Below are positions 1 to 11,151 of a DNA stretch of 19,664 nt, in pieces. Source of the stretch: a virus; UHGV virus genome UHGV-0301534. One strand, written 5' to 3'. Under the pieces are notes generated by a model, which saw only the letters and a program-made list of their open reading frames with translations, had not been told where the DNA came from and made no database searches. How positions within the stretch are numbered: the stretch's first letter is position 1; every line of letters begins with the position of its first letter. The position numbers were made by a program, and so were the translations under genes.

Positions 1-22
1 GTCAGATGTGTATAAGAGACAG
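1..22. other. Tn5 mosaic-end / Nextera transposase adapter sequence (GTCAGATGTGTATAAGAGACAG) at the window start; probable untrimmed sequencing adapter, less likely a genuine Tn5 end
   Basis: Exact match to the 19-nt Tn5 mosaic end AGATGTGTATAAGAGACAG preceded by GTC, as in the Nextera read adapter; sits at the very first base of the window. Confidence 0.8.
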
Positions 23-231
23 ACCCAAGCCAGAAAGTGGGGAAATAACACTGGCAGCCACTGAAAGATGAACCTCCTGCCTGATGGCAAAAAAGATTCT
101 TTGTGGTGGCGGACTGATGGAAAGACATCGGTTATTGCAGAGACCATTCAATGAGTGGTCTCGACAATGGCTTATACCCTACACGGGATAACTTAACTGA
201 TATCCCTTTTAACGGATAAACGGAGCCAACA

Positions 232-468
232 ATGGCAGAGATTATTCCCATGACTGAAGAACAGAAATTCCAGTTAGAGATTTACAAACTGGTCATGAAC
301 CAGAACGCAGCCGCAGAAGAAGCATTTCAGTTCATTGGCACTGACGAGCTGAAGCTTGAGCTATTCAAAATTCACTTCCAGTCAGGCGGCGCTAATTCAG
401 ATATCACGACCCGCACTATCGAAGCGGTGCGTAAATCGAAGGAAGCGTTAGACCTGTTCACCACCTGA
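232..468 (+). CDS. hypothetical protein (78 aa) immediately upstream of the small terminase gene
   Basis: ATG at 232 with GGAG at 222-225 about 6 nt upstream; ORF fills the gap up to gene 3; no family recognised. Confidence 0.55.
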   Translation: MAEIIPMTEEQKFQLEIYKLVMNQNAAAEEAFQFIGTDELKLELFKIHFQSGGANSDITTRTIEAVRKSKEALDLFTT

Positions 469-509
469 GCATGATGCTCAACCTGAAATAACGATTAAGT
501 GAGATGAAT

Positions 510-998
510 ATGGCAGCACCAAAGGGCAACCGATTCTGGGAGGCCCGCAGTAGTCATGGGCGAAACCCTAAATTCGAATCGCCTGAGGCGCTGTGGGCTG
601 CTTGTTGTGAATACTTCGAGTGGGCTGATGATAACCCGCTATGGGAGGGTAAAGTATTTTCATATCAGGGAGAAATAATTAAGGCTAATGTCCCTAAGAT
701 GCGAGCCATGACTATTTCAGGATTGTGTACCTTCCTTGATATCACCAGGCAAACATGGGGAACCTTCCGGTCAATGGAAGGTTTTTCTGACGTCACATCA
801 CGAGCGGAAGACATCATCTACGACCAGAAATTCTCTGGCGCAGCCGCTGACCTTCTCAACGCTAACATCATCGCCCGTGATTTGGGCCTCAAAGAGCAGT
901 CGCAAGTTGAAGACGTGACACCTGATAAGGGAGATCGCGATAAGCGGCGCTCTCGTATCAAGGAGCTATTCAACCGTGGAACTGGACGCGATTCTTGA
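510..998 (+). CDS. 3: terminase small subunit (P22 gp3-like)
   Basis: Product from the second in-frame ATG begins [38 protein letters not shown] and ends [24 protein letters not shown], matching recalled P22 gp3 at both ends (162 aa); the ORF track starts 6 nt earlier at 504 (MNM...); AAGTGAG lies just upstream. Confidence 0.9.
   Translation: MAAPKGNRFWEARSSHGRNPKFESPEALWAACCEYFEWADDNPLWEGKVFSYQGEIIKANVPKMRAMTISGLCTFLDITRQTWGTFRSMEGFSDVTSRAEDIIYDQKFSGAAADLLNANIIARDLGLKEQSQVEDVTPDKGDRDKRRSRIKELFNRGTGRDS
777..798 (+). other. candidate pac (packaging initiation) site inside the small terminase gene
   Basis: GAAGGTTTTTCTGACGTCACAT resembles the 22-bp P22 pac site as recalled from memory (roughly GAAGAnTTATCTGAnGTCGTTA) and lies at the equivalent position in gene 3; recall is imperfect. 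Confidence 0.3.
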
Positions 999-2475
999 TA
1001 ACTTGAGCGACGAAGAGCAAATCGAATTGCTCGAGCTACTCGAAGAAGAAGAGAACTACCGTAACACACACCTGCTATATGAATTTACGCCATACAGCAA
1101 ACAGCGTGAGTTCATCGACGCCGGGCATGACTATCCAGAGCGCTGTTTTATGGCTGGTAACCAGCTTGGTAAGTCATTTACTGGTGCTGCTGAAGTCGCG
1201 TTTCACCTTACCGGGCGTTATCCGGGAACAAAAGGCTATCCTGCTGATGGTAAATATGGCGGTGAGTGGAAAGGTAAGCGTTTCTATGAGCCTGTTGTCT
1301 TCTGGATTGGCGGCGAGACAAACGAGACGGTAACCAAAACGACTCAACGCATCCTGTGCGGTCGTATTGAAGAGAATGATGAACCGGGTTACGGTTCAAT
1401 ACCGAAAGAGGACATCATTAGCTGGAAGAAGTCTCCTTTCTTTCCGAACCTTGTTGATCATCTTCTGGTTAAGCATCACACGGCTGATGGCGTTGAAGAT
1501 GGCATTTCAATCTGCTACTTCAAACCATACTCGCAAGGCCGTGCACGCTGGCAGGGTGACACAATCCACGGCGTGTGGTTTGACGAAGAACCACCATACA
1601 GCATTTATGGCGAAGGGCTTACCCGTACCAACAAATACGGGCAATTCTCAATTCTGACGTTTACCCCGCTGATGGGGATGTCTGACGTTGTTACCAAGTT
1701 CCTGAAGAACCCCAGCAAGTCGCAGAAAGTGGTCAACATGACCATCTATGACGCTGAGCACTATACCGAAGAGCAGAAAGAGCAAATCATCGCATCCTAT
1801 CCCGAGCATGAGAGAGAGGCGCGTGCTCGCGGTATTCCTACGATGGGTAGCGGGCGAATCTTCCAGATACCGGAAGAGACGATTAAGTGTCAGCCGTTCG
1901 AGTGTCCTGATCACTTCTACGTAATTGGCGGGATGGATTTCGGATGGGATCACCCGCAGGCGCAGGTTCAGCTTTGGTGGGATAAGGACGCAGACACAAT
2001 CTACGTTTCACGCGTGTGGAAGGCGAAAGAAAAAACAGCCGTTCAGGCGTGGGGAGCCGTTAAATCATGGGCGCATAAAGTGCCAACTGCATGGCCTCAT
2101 GACGGAAACCAGCATGAGAAGGGCGGCGGTGAGCAGCTCAAAGGGCAGTACGCGGACGCTGGTTTTATGATGTTGCAGGAGCATGCGACATGGCCTGATG
2201 GCGGTAATGCTGTGGAGCCTGGCATCACTGAATTGCGCGACATGATGCTCGATGGTCGCTTCAAAGTATTCAACACCTGTGAGCCATTCTTTGAGGAGTT
2301 CCGCCTCTATCACCGTGATGAAAACGGGAAGATCGTCAAGCTTAACGACGACGTTCTCTCAGCCGTTCGCTATGCATACATGATGCGCCGCTTCGCCAAA
2401 ATGATGCGCGACATCAAAAAACCAAAAGAGAAAAAGATACCAGCCCCAATCAGGCCCATCGCACGGAGAACTTAA
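976..2475 (+). CDS. 2: terminase large subunit (P22 gp2-like), 499 aa
   Basis: GTG start at 976 preceded by AAGGAGC (960-966), overlapping the gene 3 end in another frame; product [29 protein letters not shown]... and length match P22 gp2. Confidence 0.93.
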   Translation: MELDAILDNLSDEEQIELLELLEEEENYRNTHLLYEFTPYSKQREFIDAGHDYPERCFMAGNQLGKSFTGAAEVAFHLTGRYPGTKGYPADGKYGGEWKGKRFYEPVVFWIGGETNETVTKTTQRILCGRIEENDEPGYGSIPKEDIISWKKSPFFPNLVDHLLVKHHTADGVEDGISICYFKPYSQGRARWQGDTIHGVWFDEEPPYSIYGEGLTRTNKYGQFSILTFTPLMGMSDVVTKFLKNPSKSQKVVNMTIYDAEHYTEEQKEQIIASYPEHEREARARGIPTMGSGRIFQIPEETIKCQPFECPDHFYVIGGMDFGWDHPQAQVQLWWDKDADTIYVSRVWKAKEKTAVQAWGAVKSWAHKVPTAWPHDGNQHEKGGGEQLKGQYADAGFMMLQEHATWPDGGNAVEPGITELRDMMLDGRFKVFNTCEPFFEEFRLYHRDENGKIVKLNDDVLSAVRYAYMMRRFAKMMRDIKKPKEKKIPAPIRPIARRT

Positions 2476-4641
2476 ATGGCCGACGAAAACAGACTCAATT
2501 CCATTCTGTGTAAGTTTGACGCGGACTGGATGGCGAGCGATGAAGCCAGAACCGAGGCGACAAATGACCTGTATTTTAGCCGAGTGTCGCAATGGGATGA
2601 CTGGCTATCAAACTACACTACCCTGCAATATCGCGGACAATTCGATGTTGTTCGCCCGGTGGTCAGGAAACTGGTCGCAGAGATGCGCCGGAACCCTATC
2701 GACGTTCTCTTCCGACCCAAAGACGGCGCTAATCCTGATGCTGCCGATGTGCTGATGGGGATGTATCGTACTGATATGCGCCATAACACGGCAAAAATTG
2801 CCGTTAACGTTGGCGTTCGTGAGCAGATAGAGTCCGGCGTTGGTGCATGGCGTCTGGTCACCCAGTACGAAGACAACGACCCAACAAGCAACAATCAGGT
2901 AATCCGACGCCTGCCAATCCATGAAGCCTGCTCACACGTCATATGGGACGCCAACAGCAAGCAGATGGATAAGAGCGACGCTAAGCACTGCACGGTGATT
3001 AACGCTTTGTCACGCAATGGCTGGAAAGAGTTCGCAGAGGATTACGGTATTGATCCTGACACCTTGCCATCTTTCCAGAATCCGAACGATACATGGCTGT
3101 TTCCGTGGGTATCGAATGATGTCGTCTACGTCGCTGAGTATTACGAGGTCGAAGAGAAGAAAGAGAAAGTCTTCATCTACCGCGACCCGCTGACAGGTGA
3201 GCCGGTCAGCTATTACCAGCAGGATATCAAAGACGTCATCGACGACCTGGCTAATCGTGGATTCATTAAGGTAGCAGAGCGTAAGGTGAAGCGTCGGCGT
3301 GTGTATAAGTCGATTATCACCTGCACGCAGATACTGAAAGACCGCGAGAAGATAGCCGGAGAGCATATTCCAATCGTTCCAGTGTATGGCGAATGGTCAT
3401 TCGCTGGTGACAAGGAGTGCTACGAAGGAGTGGTAAGGCTGACGAAAGACGGTCAACGCCTTCGTAACATGATCATGTCGTTCAACGCCGATATTGTTGC
3501 TCGTTCACCGAAGAAGAAACCGACCTTCTTCCCTGAGCAAATCGAAGGCTACGAATACATGTACGGTGGAAATGATGACTATCCGTACTATCTGCAGAAC
3601 AGGACCGATGAAAACGGTAACGACCTGCCGATTGGTCCAATCTCCTACATGGAAAACCCTGAAGTGCCGCAAGCCAACGCTTACATGCTTGAGGCTGCCA
3701 CCAACGCAGTGAAAGAGGTGGCTAGTCTTGGCGTGGATGCGCAGGCGGCAAATGGTCAGGTCGCTTTCGATACCGTCAATCAACTGAACATGCGGGCAGA
3801 CCTTGAGACATACGTGTTTCAGGATAACCTGGCTACCGCAATGCGACGTGATGGCGAGATTTATGCCTCAATGGTCAACGATATTTATGACGTTCCTCGT
3901 CATGTGACGCTGACACTTGAAGATGGAAGCGAGAAAGACGTTCAACTCTATGCGCAAGTTGTCGATTACCAGTCCGGCAATGTGGTCACACTCAACGACA
4001 TTCGCGGTCGCTATGAGTGCTATACAGACGTTGGGCCATCCTTCCAGAGCATGAAGGAACAGAATCGCGCAGAGATTCAGGAGTTGCTAACCAAGGTTCC
4101 GCAAGGTACTCCAGAGTTCCAGATGCTGATGCTGCAATACTTCACGTTGCTTGACGGTAAAGGCGTCGAGATGATGCGAGAGTACGCGAACAAGCAACTG
4201 GTGATGATGGGGCTGAAGAAACCAGAAACACCTGAAGAGATGGAGATGGTGCAGCAGGCACAACAACAGCCGCAGCAGCCATCAGCAGAGCAAATTCAGG
4301 CGCAGGGTATCCTTCTGCAAGGTCAGGCTGAATTGCTCAAGGCAGAGAACCAACAGGCGCAGATTCAGGTTGAAGCCGCCAAGGTTGAAGCCCAAAACCA
4401 ACTCAACGCCGCGAAGATTGCAGAAATCTTCAACAATATGGACCTCGACAAGCAGGCAGAACTGCGTGAGTACCTCAAGCTCGTAGGTCAATTCCAGCAA
4501 CAGCGCAGCAAAGATGCTCGTGCTAACGCTGAGCTGCTTCTTAAAGATGCAGACCAGACTCATTCACAACGCATGGATTTCGCGAATCTTATGCGTCAAG
4601 TTCAAATCCCCTCCGGCGGAGTAGCCGAGACACCTCAATAA
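2476..4641 (+). CDS. 1: portal protein (P22 gp1-like), 721 aa
   Basis: Starts 1 nt after the gene 2 stop; near-collinear with recalled P22 portal, including the Gln-rich C-terminal barrel segment. Confidence 0.95.
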   Translation: MADENRLNSILCKFDADWMASDEARTEATNDLYFSRVSQWDDWLSNYTTLQYRGQFDVVRPVVRKLVAEMRRNPIDVLFRPKDGANPDAADVLMGMYRTDMRHNTAKIAVNVGVREQIESGVGAWRLVTQYEDNDPTSNNQVIRRLPIHEACSHVIWDANSKQMDKSDAKHCTVINALSRNGWKEFAEDYGIDPDTLPSFQNPNDTWLFPWVSNDVVYVAEYYEVEEKKEKVFIYRDPLTGEPVSYYQQDIKDVIDDLANRGFIKVAERKVKRRRVYKSIITCTQILKDREKIAGEHIPIVPVYGEWSFAGDKECYEGVVRLTKDGQRLRNMIMSFNADIVARSPKKKPTFFPEQIEGYEYMYGGNDDYPYYLQNRTDENGNDLPIGPISYMENPEVPQANAYMLEAATNAVKEVASLGVDAQAANGQVAFDTVNQLNMRADLETYVFQDNLATAMRRDGEIYASMVNDIYDVPRHVTLTLEDGSEKDVQLYAQVVDYQSGNVVTLNDIRGRYECYTDVGPSFQSMKEQNRAEIQELLTKVPQGTPEFQMLMLQYFTLLDGKGVEMMREYANKQLVMMGLKKPETPEEMEMVQQAQQQPQQPSAEQIQAQGILLQGQAELLKAENQQAQIQVEAAKVEAQNQLNAAKIAEIFNNMDLDKQAELREYLKLVGQFQQQRSKDARANAELLLKDADQTHSQRMDFANLMRQVQIPSGGVAETPQ

Positions 4642-4654
4642 GAGAGAGTTAATC

Positions 4655-5566
4655 ATGGACCAAACCACCGACATTCAGGCTTCTGAAGAATTAACCATGC
4701 CCGGCAATCATGCAGCGGCATCTGCTGATGGCTTAGTTGTCGATAATGCCAACGACAACGCAGGTCAGGAAGAAGGCTTCGAGATTGTCCTGAAAGACGA
4801 TGAGAAACCGAAACAAGACCCGGCAACTAATGCTGAATTTGCCCGTCGCCGCATCGAACGCAAACGCCAGCGTGAGCTTGAGCAGCAGATGGAAGCGGTT
4901 AAGCGTGGAGAGTTGCCGGAGCACCTGCGGGTGAACCCTGAGTTACCAAAACAACCAGACCCTAACGATTATCTTTCCGAAGACGCACTGGCTAAGTACG
5001 ACTATGACCAGAGCCGCGCACTGGCTGCCTTCCAGCAGGCAAACAGTGAATGGCAGATCAAGGCTATGGACGCACGAAGCCAGGCTGTCGCCGAGCAGGG
5101 TCGCAAAACTCAGGAGTTCACCCAGCAATCAGCGCAATACGTCGAGGCAGCCCGTAAGCACTACGACGCAGCGGAAAAGCTAAATATCCCTGACTATCAG
5201 GAGAAAGAGGACGCATTCATGCAACTGGTGCCGCCAGCAGTCGGCGCCGACATCATGCGCCTCTTCCCGGAGAAATCCGCTGCACTCATGTATCACCTTG
5301 GTGCTAATCCTGAGAAAACACGCCAGTTGCTGGCGATGGACGGGCAATCCGCGCTGATTGAACTCACTCGACTGTCAGAACGTTTAACTCTCAAGCCTCG
5401 AGCCAAGCCTGTTTCAGAAGCCCCGTTACCTGATGAACCCATTCAGGGACACGCTGTTGCTGCAAATATCTCTGCGATTGAAAAGCAGATGGAAGCGGCA
5501 GCAAACAAAGGGGATGTAGAGACATACCGCAAGCTCAAGGCGCAACTGAATAAAGGAATTCGATAA
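4655..5566 (+). CDS. 8: scaffolding protein (P22 gp8-like), 303 aa
   Basis: Sequence and length match recalled P22 gp8 (e.g. [31 protein letters not shown], conserved C-terminus ...[11 protein letters not shown]); lies between portal and coat. Confidence 0.93.
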   Translation: MDQTTDIQASEELTMPGNHAAASADGLVVDNANDNAGQEEGFEIVLKDDEKPKQDPATNAEFARRRIERKRQRELEQQMEAVKRGELPEHLRVNPELPKQPDPNDYLSEDALAKYDYDQSRALAAFQQANSEWQIKAMDARSQAVAEQGRKTQEFTQQSAQYVEAARKHYDAAEKLNIPDYQEKEDAFMQLVPPAVGADIMRLFPEKSAALMYHLGANPEKTRQLLAMDGQSALIELTRLSERLTLKPRAKPVSEAPLPDEPIQGHAVAANISAIEKQMEAAANKGDVETYRKLKAQLNKGIR

Positions 5567-6861
5567 TGGCATTAAATGAAGGTCAACTGGTCACGTATGC
5601 TCTGGATGAAATCATCGAAACCGTCCAGAACCTGACGCCAATGGCGTCCAAAGTGACAAAATACACCCCTCCGGCAGAATCCATGCAGCGTTCAAGCAAC
5701 ACCGTGTGGATGCCTGTTGAGCAGGAAGCGCCAACCCAGACTGGCTGGGATTTAACTGGCAACGCAACCGGGATTCTGGAACTCTCCGTGAAATGCAACA
5801 TGGGCGATCCGGATAACGATTTTTTCGAGCTTCGTGCAGATGACCTGCGTGATGAGCGTTCTTACCGTCGCCGCATCCAGGCATCCGCCAAAAAACTGGC
5901 GAATAACATTGAGTCAGCGATTGCTAAACAGGCAACTGAAATGGGCTCGCTTGTTGTTCACGATACCCGCGCAATTGGTCCATCTACTGGCCTGTCTGGC
6001 TGGGATTTTGTGTCTGATGCAGAGCGCCTGATGTTCTCCCGTGAGCTAAACCGCGATATGGGCATCAGTTACTTCCTGAACCCTGACGATTACCGCAAAG
6101 CAGGCCGCAACCTGGTAGATGGTGACATCTTTGGGCGCGTTCCTGAAGAAGCGTATCGCAACGGTACTATTCAGCGTCAGATTGCTGGCTTTGATGAAAT
6201 TCTTCGCTCACCGAAACTTCCGGCAGTTACCAAGTCAACCGCTACTGGTGTAACTGTGTCTGGTGCGCAGAAGTTTAAGCCGCAGGCATACACCCTTGAT
6301 ACCGATGGTAACAAAGAGAACGTTGACAACCGTGTTGCAACGGTGACCGTATCCTCCACCACCGGGTTTAAGCGCGGCGACAAAATCAGCTTCACTGGTG
6401 TGAAATTCCTGTCTCAGATGGCGAAGAACGTGCTAACTGATGACGCGACTTTCTCAATCACCCGTGTGATCGATGGTACTCACATCGAAATCACGCCGAA
6501 ACCGATTGCACTGGATGACGCGTCACTGACAAAAGAAGAGAAGGCTTACGCTAACGTAAACACCTCTCTTGCTAATGCCACTCCGGTAAACGTTCTGAAC
6601 GTGGCAACAACCACCGCTAACGTGTTTTGGGCTGATGACTCAATCCGTCTGCTGTCTCAGCCGATCCCGGTAACCCATGAACTGTTTGCTGGCATGAAAA
6701 CGTCTTCCTTCAGCATTCCTAGTATTGGTGTTAACGGCATCTTCGCAACGCAGGGTGATATCAACACTCTGTCTGGTAAGTGCCGTATTGCTGTGTGGTA
6801 TTCAGCATGTGCTGTACGACCAGAGGCAATTGGTGTTGGTCTGCCTAACCAGACTGCGTGA
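5566..6861 (+). CDS. 5: major capsid (coat) protein (P22 gp5-like), 431 aa
   Basis: ATGA-type overlap with the scaffold stop; [10 protein letters not shown]...[14 protein letters not shown] matches recalled P22 coat protein. Confidence 0.95.
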   Translation: MALNEGQLVTYALDEIIETVQNLTPMASKVTKYTPPAESMQRSSNTVWMPVEQEAPTQTGWDLTGNATGILELSVKCNMGDPDNDFFELRADDLRDERSYRRRIQASAKKLANNIESAIAKQATEMGSLVVHDTRAIGPSTGLSGWDFVSDAERLMFSRELNRDMGISYFLNPDDYRKAGRNLVDGDIFGRVPEEAYRNGTIQRQIAGFDEILRSPKLPAVTKSTATGVTVSGAQKFKPQAYTLDTDGNKENVDNRVATVTVSSTTGFKRGDKISFTGVKFLSQMAKNVLTDDATFSITRVIDGTHIEITPKPIALDDASLTKEEKAYANVNTSLANATPVNVLNVATTTANVFWADDSIRLLSQPIPVTHELFAGMKTSSFSIPSIGVNGIFATQGDINTLSGKCRIAVWYSACAVRPEAIGVGLPNQTA

Positions 6862-6867
6862 TAACCA

Positions 6868-6892
6868 GAGGGAGCTTCGGCTCCCTTTTTTA
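6868..6892 (+). terminator. rho-independent terminator after the coat gene
   Basis: GC-rich hairpin GGGAGC-TTCG-GCTCCC (6870-6885) followed by a run of six T. Confidence 0.7.
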
Positions 6893-6905
6893 TCTGGAGA
6901 CAAGC

Positions 6906-7142
6906 ATGACACACATGATCTTTCGTCATGGAGACATGAAGAAATGGAAAGGCGTTGGATACGACTTTGAAATAGTGAAAGCCGAAGAGCTTCAGGAATA
7001 TCTGGATGCTGGCTGGTTTTCACATCCTGATGACCTTTTGAAGGATGTTGCAGAGCCGGAGCCAGAGCCAGAAGAAAAACAGCGTAAAAAGCCTGGTCGA
7101 AAACCTAAGGCGGCAGCAGATGAACCTGACAACGAAGGGTGA
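6906..7142 (+). CDS. hypothetical small charged protein (78 aa) between coat and gp4; 3' end overlaps the gp4 start in another frame
   Basis: ATG at 6906 with GGAGA at 6896-6900; C-terminal [18 protein letters not shown] low-complexity tail; the track ORF (6858) begins inside the terminator so the internal ATG is preferred. Confidence 0.45.
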   Translation: MTHMIFRHGDMKKWKGVGYDFEIVKAEELQEYLDAGWFSHPDDLLKDVAEPEPEPEEKQRKKPGRKPKAAADEPDNEG

Positions 7143-7620
7143 TTTAGTTCTTGCGGCATTACGTAAGCTCGGTGTGGCATCAAATGCCACGTTAACCGAT
7201 GTCGAACCGCAGTCTATGGAAGACGGCGTCAACGACCTTGAAATGATGATGGCTGAATGGCTTGGCGGTGATGCGTCACCTGGGATCAACGTTGGCTACA
7301 TTTTTGCTGATGCAGATGTCGCTCCAGATCCGGGCGATGAGCACGGCTTATCAAATAACGCTATAAATGCCGTCATTTTCAACCTTGCCTGCCGCATTGC
7401 TCCAGATTATGCGCTGGAAGCGTCTGCAAAACTTATAACCACTGCCAGATACGGGAAAGAGCGACTCGTCAAACTGTCTGCAATGGACAGAGCAAAAGCC
7501 GCTAAATGTAAGTCCGGTTATCCAAACCGTATGCCTGTTGGTAGTGGTAACCAGTTGGCGAAGTGGAACGGTTGGAATTACTTCCAGCGAAAGGAACCTT
7601 GCGATAACGGGAGCGAATAA
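7120..7620 (+). CDS. 4: head-to-tail adaptor / tail accessory factor (P22 gp4-like), 166 aa
   Basis: From the internal ATG at 7120 the product begins [33 protein letters not shown], matching the P22 gp4 N-terminus and length; the 7045 start in the ORF track is a spurious upstream extension. Confidence 0.9.
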   Translation: MNLTTKGDLVLAALRKLGVASNATLTDVEPQSMEDGVNDLEMMMAEWLGGDASPGINVGYIFADADVAPDPGDEHGLSNNAINAVIFNLACRIAPDYALEASAKLITTARYGKERLVKLSAMDRAKAAKCKSGYPNRMPVGSGNQLAKWNGWNYFQRKEPCDNGSE

Positions 7621-9038
7621 TGCCGATTCAGCAACTTCCGCTTATGAAAGGTGTCGGCAAAGACTTTAGAAACGCTGACTATATCGACTATCTGCCAGTG
7701 AATATGTTGGCTACACCCAAAGAAATACTCAACAGCAGCGGATATCTTCGCTCATTCCCGGGCATTGCCAAACGTTCTGATGTGAATGGTGTATCGCGCG
7801 GCGTCGAGTACAACATGGCGCAGAATGCTGTTTATCGCGTATGTGGTGGCAAGCTGTACAAAGGAGAAAGCGAGGTCGGTGATGTTGCCGGAAGTGGTCG
7901 CGTATCAATGGCGCATGGTCGGACATCACAGGCTGTAGGCGTTAATGGTCAACTGGTCGAATACCGCTATGATGGCACGGTTAAAACCGTCTCAAACTGG
8001 CCTACAGACAGCGGATTCACACAGTACGAGTTAGGTTCAGTTCGTGACATTACGCGCTTACGTGGGCGTTATGCGTGGTCAAAAGACGGAACTGATTCAT
8101 GGTTCATCACTGACCTTGAAGACGAATCGCATCCTGACCGTTACAGCGCACAATATCGCGCAGAATCGCAGCCTGACGGCATCATTGGCATCGGAACATG
8201 GCGAGACTTCATCGTCTGTTTTGGTTCATCGACGATTGAATATTTTTCCCTGACAGGTGCAACCACTGTTGGTGCCGCTTTGTATGTCGCACAGCCATCG
8301 CTGATGGTGCAGAAAGGCATTGCCGGAACCTACTGCAAAACGCCGTTTGCTGACTCGTATGCGTTCATCAGCAATCCGGCAACAGGTGCGCCGTCTGTGT
8401 ATATCATCGGCTCCGGTCAGGTATCACCAATCGCCAGCGCGAGCATTGAGAAAATACTACGCTCCTACACTGCTGATGAACTGGCTGATGGCGTGATGGA
8501 ATCGTTGCGGTTTGATGCTCATGAGTTGCTGATTATTCACCTGCCGCGCCATGTTCTTGTTTACGACGCATCTTCAAGCGCCAATGGTCCGCAATGGTGT
8601 GTGCTGAAAACAGGCTTGTATGACGATGTGTACCGCGCTATCGACTTCATTTACGAAGGCAATCAGATAACGTGCGGCGATAAGCTGGAGTCCGTGACCG
8701 GGAAATTGCAATTCGACATCAGCAGCCAGTACGGGCTTCAACAGGAACACCTGCTGTTTACTCCGTTGTTCAAAGCGGATAACGCCAGAGTTTTCGACTT
8801 TGAGGTTGAATCGTCAACTGGCGTTGCGCAGTACGCTGACCGCCTTTTTCTCTCTGCAACCACTGACGGCATAAATTACGGTCGTGAGCAGATGATTGAG
8901 CAGAATGAACCGTTCGTTTACGACAAACGCGTTTTGTGGAAGCGAGTAGGGCGCATCAGGAAAAATGTTGGCTTCAAATTGCGCGTTATCACGAAGTCAC
9001 CAGTCACTCTGTCTGGCTGCCAGATAAGGATTGAGTAA
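7620..9038 (+). CDS. 10: tail hub protein (P22 gp10-like), 472 aa
   Basis: Start overlaps the gp4 stop (TAATG); [49 protein letters not shown] matches recalled P22 gp10. Confidence 0.93.
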   Translation: MPIQQLPLMKGVGKDFRNADYIDYLPVNMLATPKEILNSSGYLRSFPGIAKRSDVNGVSRGVEYNMAQNAVYRVCGGKLYKGESEVGDVAGSGRVSMAHGRTSQAVGVNGQLVEYRYDGTVKTVSNWPTDSGFTQYELGSVRDITRLRGRYAWSKDGTDSWFITDLEDESHPDRYSAQYRAESQPDGIIGIGTWRDFIVCFGSSTIEYFSLTGATTVGAALYVAQPSLMVQKGIAGTYCKTPFADSYAFISNPATGAPSVYIIGSGQVSPIASASIEKILRSYTADELADGVMESLRFDAHELLIIHLPRHVLVYDASSSANGPQWCVLKTGLYDDVYRAIDFIYEGNQITCGDKLESVTGKLQFDISSQYGLQQEHLLFTPLFKADNARVFDFEVESSTGVAQYADRLFLSATTDGINYGREQMIEQNEPFVYDKRVLWKRVGRIRKNVGFKLRVITKSPVTLSGCQIRIE

Positions 9039-9991
9039 TGGCGGATTCGAATCTCAATGTGCCGGTAATCATTCAGGCTACACGGCTCGACACATCAGTC
9101 CTTCCACGCAATATCTTCTCGCAGTCGTATCTGCTGTACGTTATCGCACAGGGCACTGATGTTGGTAACGTGGCTAACAAAGCCAACGAGGCCGGACAGG
9201 GCGCTTATGATGCACAGGTCAGGAACGATGAGCAGGATGTCACCCTTGCAGACCATGAATCCAGAATTGAAGCTGCTGAAGCAACTATCATCAATCATGA
9301 ACATAGAATTGCAGCAGCGGAAAGCACTCTTGCAGATCATGAAGCAAGGATTACGGCTGCTGAAACAGAGCTGGCTGATCACGATACGCGAATTGCTGCC
9401 AATGAATCTGAGTTAGCAAACCATGATGCGCGCATAACTCAGAATACAACCGATATCGACGCACTTGATACCAGGCTCACAGCGGCAGAGGGAAGTATTT
9501 CGACGCTACAAAGCACAGTTGGTGATCACTCAACAAGAATATCTGCGCTTGAGTATGCCACCACGCGCAAGAAATCAGAGGTTGTTTACTCAGGGGTATC
9601 GGTAACAATTCCGACAGCGCCTACCAACCTTGTTAGCCTGCTGAAAACGCTCACGCCGTCATCCGGCACGTTGGCACCATTCTTCGACACCGTTAACAAC
9701 AAGATGGTTGTGTTCAACGAGAACAAAACCTTGTTCTTCAAGCTGTCGATCGTCGGGACGTGGCCCAGCGGAACCGCCAACAGGTCAATGCAGCTAACAT
9801 TTTCCGGTTCTGTTCCTGACACACTGGTGAGCAGTCGCAACTCAGCGACAACAACCGACAATATCCTGTTAGCTACGTTCTTCAGCGTGGATAAAGACGG
9901 CTTTCTTGCCACAAATGGAAGTACGTTAACCATTCAGTCAAATGGTGCGGCGTTTACTGCCACAACCATCAAGATAATCGCGGAGCAGTGA
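9038..9991 (+). CDS. 26: tail needle (P22 gp26-like N-terminus and coiled coil) with an extended C-terminal knob domain, 317 aa
   Basis: N-terminus [43 protein letters not shown] matches P22 gp26; 14-residue coiled-coil repeats; about 84 aa longer than P22 gp26 (233 aa) with a Ser/Thr-rich C-terminal domain. Confidence 0.9.
   Translation: MADSNLNVPVIIQATRLDTSVLPRNIFSQSYLLYVIAQGTDVGNVANKANEAGQGAYDAQVRNDEQDVTLADHESRIEAAEATIINHEHRIAAAESTLADHEARITAAETELADHDTRIAANESELANHDARITQNTTDIDALDTRLTAAEGSISTLQSTVGDHSTRISALEYATTRKKSEVVYSGVSVTIPTAPTNLVSLLKTLTPSSGTLAPFFDTVNNKMVVFNENKTLFFKLSIVGTWPSGTANRSMQLTFSGSVPDTLVSSRNSATTTDNILLATFFSVDKDGFLATNGSTLTIQSNGAAFTATTIKIIAEQ
9251..9460 (+). repeat. five degenerate tandem 42-bp repeats encoding the 14-residue coiled-coil units ([DN]H[ED]xRIxAAE...) of the tail needle
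   Basis: Units at 9251, 9293, 9335, 9377 and 9419, each beginning gaccatgaa / aatcatgaa / gatcatgaa / gatcacgat / aaccatgat followed by aga/agg/cga/cgc-att/ata. Confidence 0.8.
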
Positions 9992-10446
9992 TGATTCAGT
10001 TCAAACCAACGCGAAACATCGACCTGATCGAAGCAGTAGGAAATCACCCTGACATTATCGCCGGGAGCAACAACGGTGATGGATACGACTACAAACCTGA
10101 TTGCCGTTACTTTGAGGTGAACGTGCACGGGCAGTTCGGCGGCATTGTTTACTATCAGGAAATTCAGCCGCTGACATTCGATTGCCACGCCATGTACCTG
10201 CCAGAGATTCGCGGCTTCAGCAAGGAAATCGGGCTGTCGTTCTGGCGATACATTCTGACTAACACCACCGTTCAGTGCGTAACATCGTTCGCTGCACGCA
10301 AATTCCGCCACGGTCAGATGTACTGCGCAATGATTGGCCTTAAGCGTGTAGGAACCATAAAGAAATACTTCAAAGGCGTGGATGACGTGACGTTTTACAG
10401 CGCAACACGCGAAGAACTAATCGACTTCCTGAATCACGGGAGATAG
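9988..10446 (+). CDS. 14: P22 gp14-like virion assembly/ejection-associated protein, 152 aa
   Basis: Assigned by synteny between gene 26 and gene 7; start overlaps the gene 26 stop (GTGATG). Confidence 0.8.
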   Translation: MMIQFKPTRNIDLIEAVGNHPDIIAGSNNGDGYDYKPDCRYFEVNVHGQFGGIVYYQEIQPLTFDCHAMYLPEIRGFSKEIGLSFWRYILTNTTVQCVTSFAARKFRHGQMYCAMIGLKRVGTIKKYFKGVDDVTFYSATREELIDFLNHGR

Positions 10447-10448
10447 CC

Positions 10449-11141
10449 ATGTTATATGCATTTAAGCTGGGCAGAAAACTGCGCGGCGAGGAACCTTATT
10501 GCCCTGAAAAAGGCGGGAAAGGTGGCAGTTCTGATAAAAGTGCAAAGTATGCCGCAGAAGCTCAGAAGTATGCCGCAGACCTGCAAAATAAGCAGTTCAA
10601 CACCATCATGAACAACCTGAAGCCGTTTACTCCTCTGGCTGATAAGTATCTCGGCAGCCTCGAGAACTTATCGTCTCTGGAAGGGCAAGGTCAGGCGCTT
10701 AACCAGTATTACAACTCTCAGCAGTATAAAGATCTTGCTGGTCAGGCTCGCTATCAGAGTCTGGCGGCAGCGGAAGCAACAGGTGGATTGGGTTCCACCG
10801 CAACCAGTAATCAGTTAGCAACAATCGCACCAACGCTTGGTCAGCAATGGCTATCTGGACAAATGAACAATTACAACAACCTGGCAAATATCGGTCTTGG
10901 CGCTCTTCAGGGACAGGCAAACGCCGGGCAAACATATGCCAACAACATGAGTCAGATTTCGCAGCAAAGCGCAGCACTGGCGGCGGCAAACGCCAACCGA
11001 CCGTCAGCATTGCAGCAGGGTGTTAGTGGTGCTGCATCCGGTGCGCTTTTGGGTGGTGGCATAGCCAGTGCTCTCGAGCTATCAACTCCGTGGGGTGCTG
11101 GTATTGGTGCTGGTCTTGGTCTGCTTGGTTCACTGTTTTAA
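10449..11141 (+). CDS. 7: ejection (internal virion) protein, P22 gp7-like, 230 aa
   Basis: MLYAFKLGRKLRGEEPYCPEKGGKGGSSDKSAKYAAEAQKYAADLQNKQFNTIMNNL matches recalled P22 gp7; Gly/Ala-rich C-terminus. Confidence 0.9.
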   Translation: MLYAFKLGRKLRGEEPYCPEKGGKGGSSDKSAKYAAEAQKYAADLQNKQFNTIMNNLKPFTPLADKYLGSLENLSSLEGQGQALNQYYNSQQYKDLAGQARYQSLAAAEATGGLGSTATSNQLATIAPTLGQQWLSGQMNNYNNLANIGLGALQGQANAGQTYANNMSQISQQSAALAAANANRPSALQQGVSGAASGALLGGGIASALELSTPWGAGIGAGLGLLGSLF

Positions 11142-11151
11142 GGGTTAATCA

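Noticed and set aside
23-231. Possible 3' end of an upstream gene (e.g. lysis Rz-region) reading in from the truncated left edge
   Set aside because: Only short open frames (about 14 codons) before stops; the sequence is cut by the adapter so nothing can be supported
818-1069. Antisense and alternative-frame ORFs of 60-130 aa inside the terminase, portal, coat, ejection and tailspike genes (e.g. 818-1069 -, 1648-1953 -, 3010-3366 -, 9586-9933 -, 9934-10311 -, 17701-17973 -)
   Set aside because: They lie entirely within strongly supported P22-like genes on the opposite strand or in another frame and have no RBS or synteny support; treated as frame shadows
4240-4420. Gln-rich low-complexity stretch (QQAQQQPQQ...) in the portal C-terminus as a possible repeat expansion or separate gene
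   Set aside because: It corresponds to the known C-terminal barrel region of P22-type portals and is in frame
7045-7620. 191-aa version of the gp4 ORF starting at 7045
   Set aside because: The N-terminal 25 codons overlap the preceding small ORF; the P22 gp4 N-terminus (MNLTTKGDL...) begins at the internal ATG at 7120, giving the expected 166 aa
9251-9460. Possible CRISPR-like or non-coding tandem repeat
   Set aside because: The 42-bp units are in frame inside the tail needle gene and encode coiled-coil repeats; there are no spacer-like unique segments
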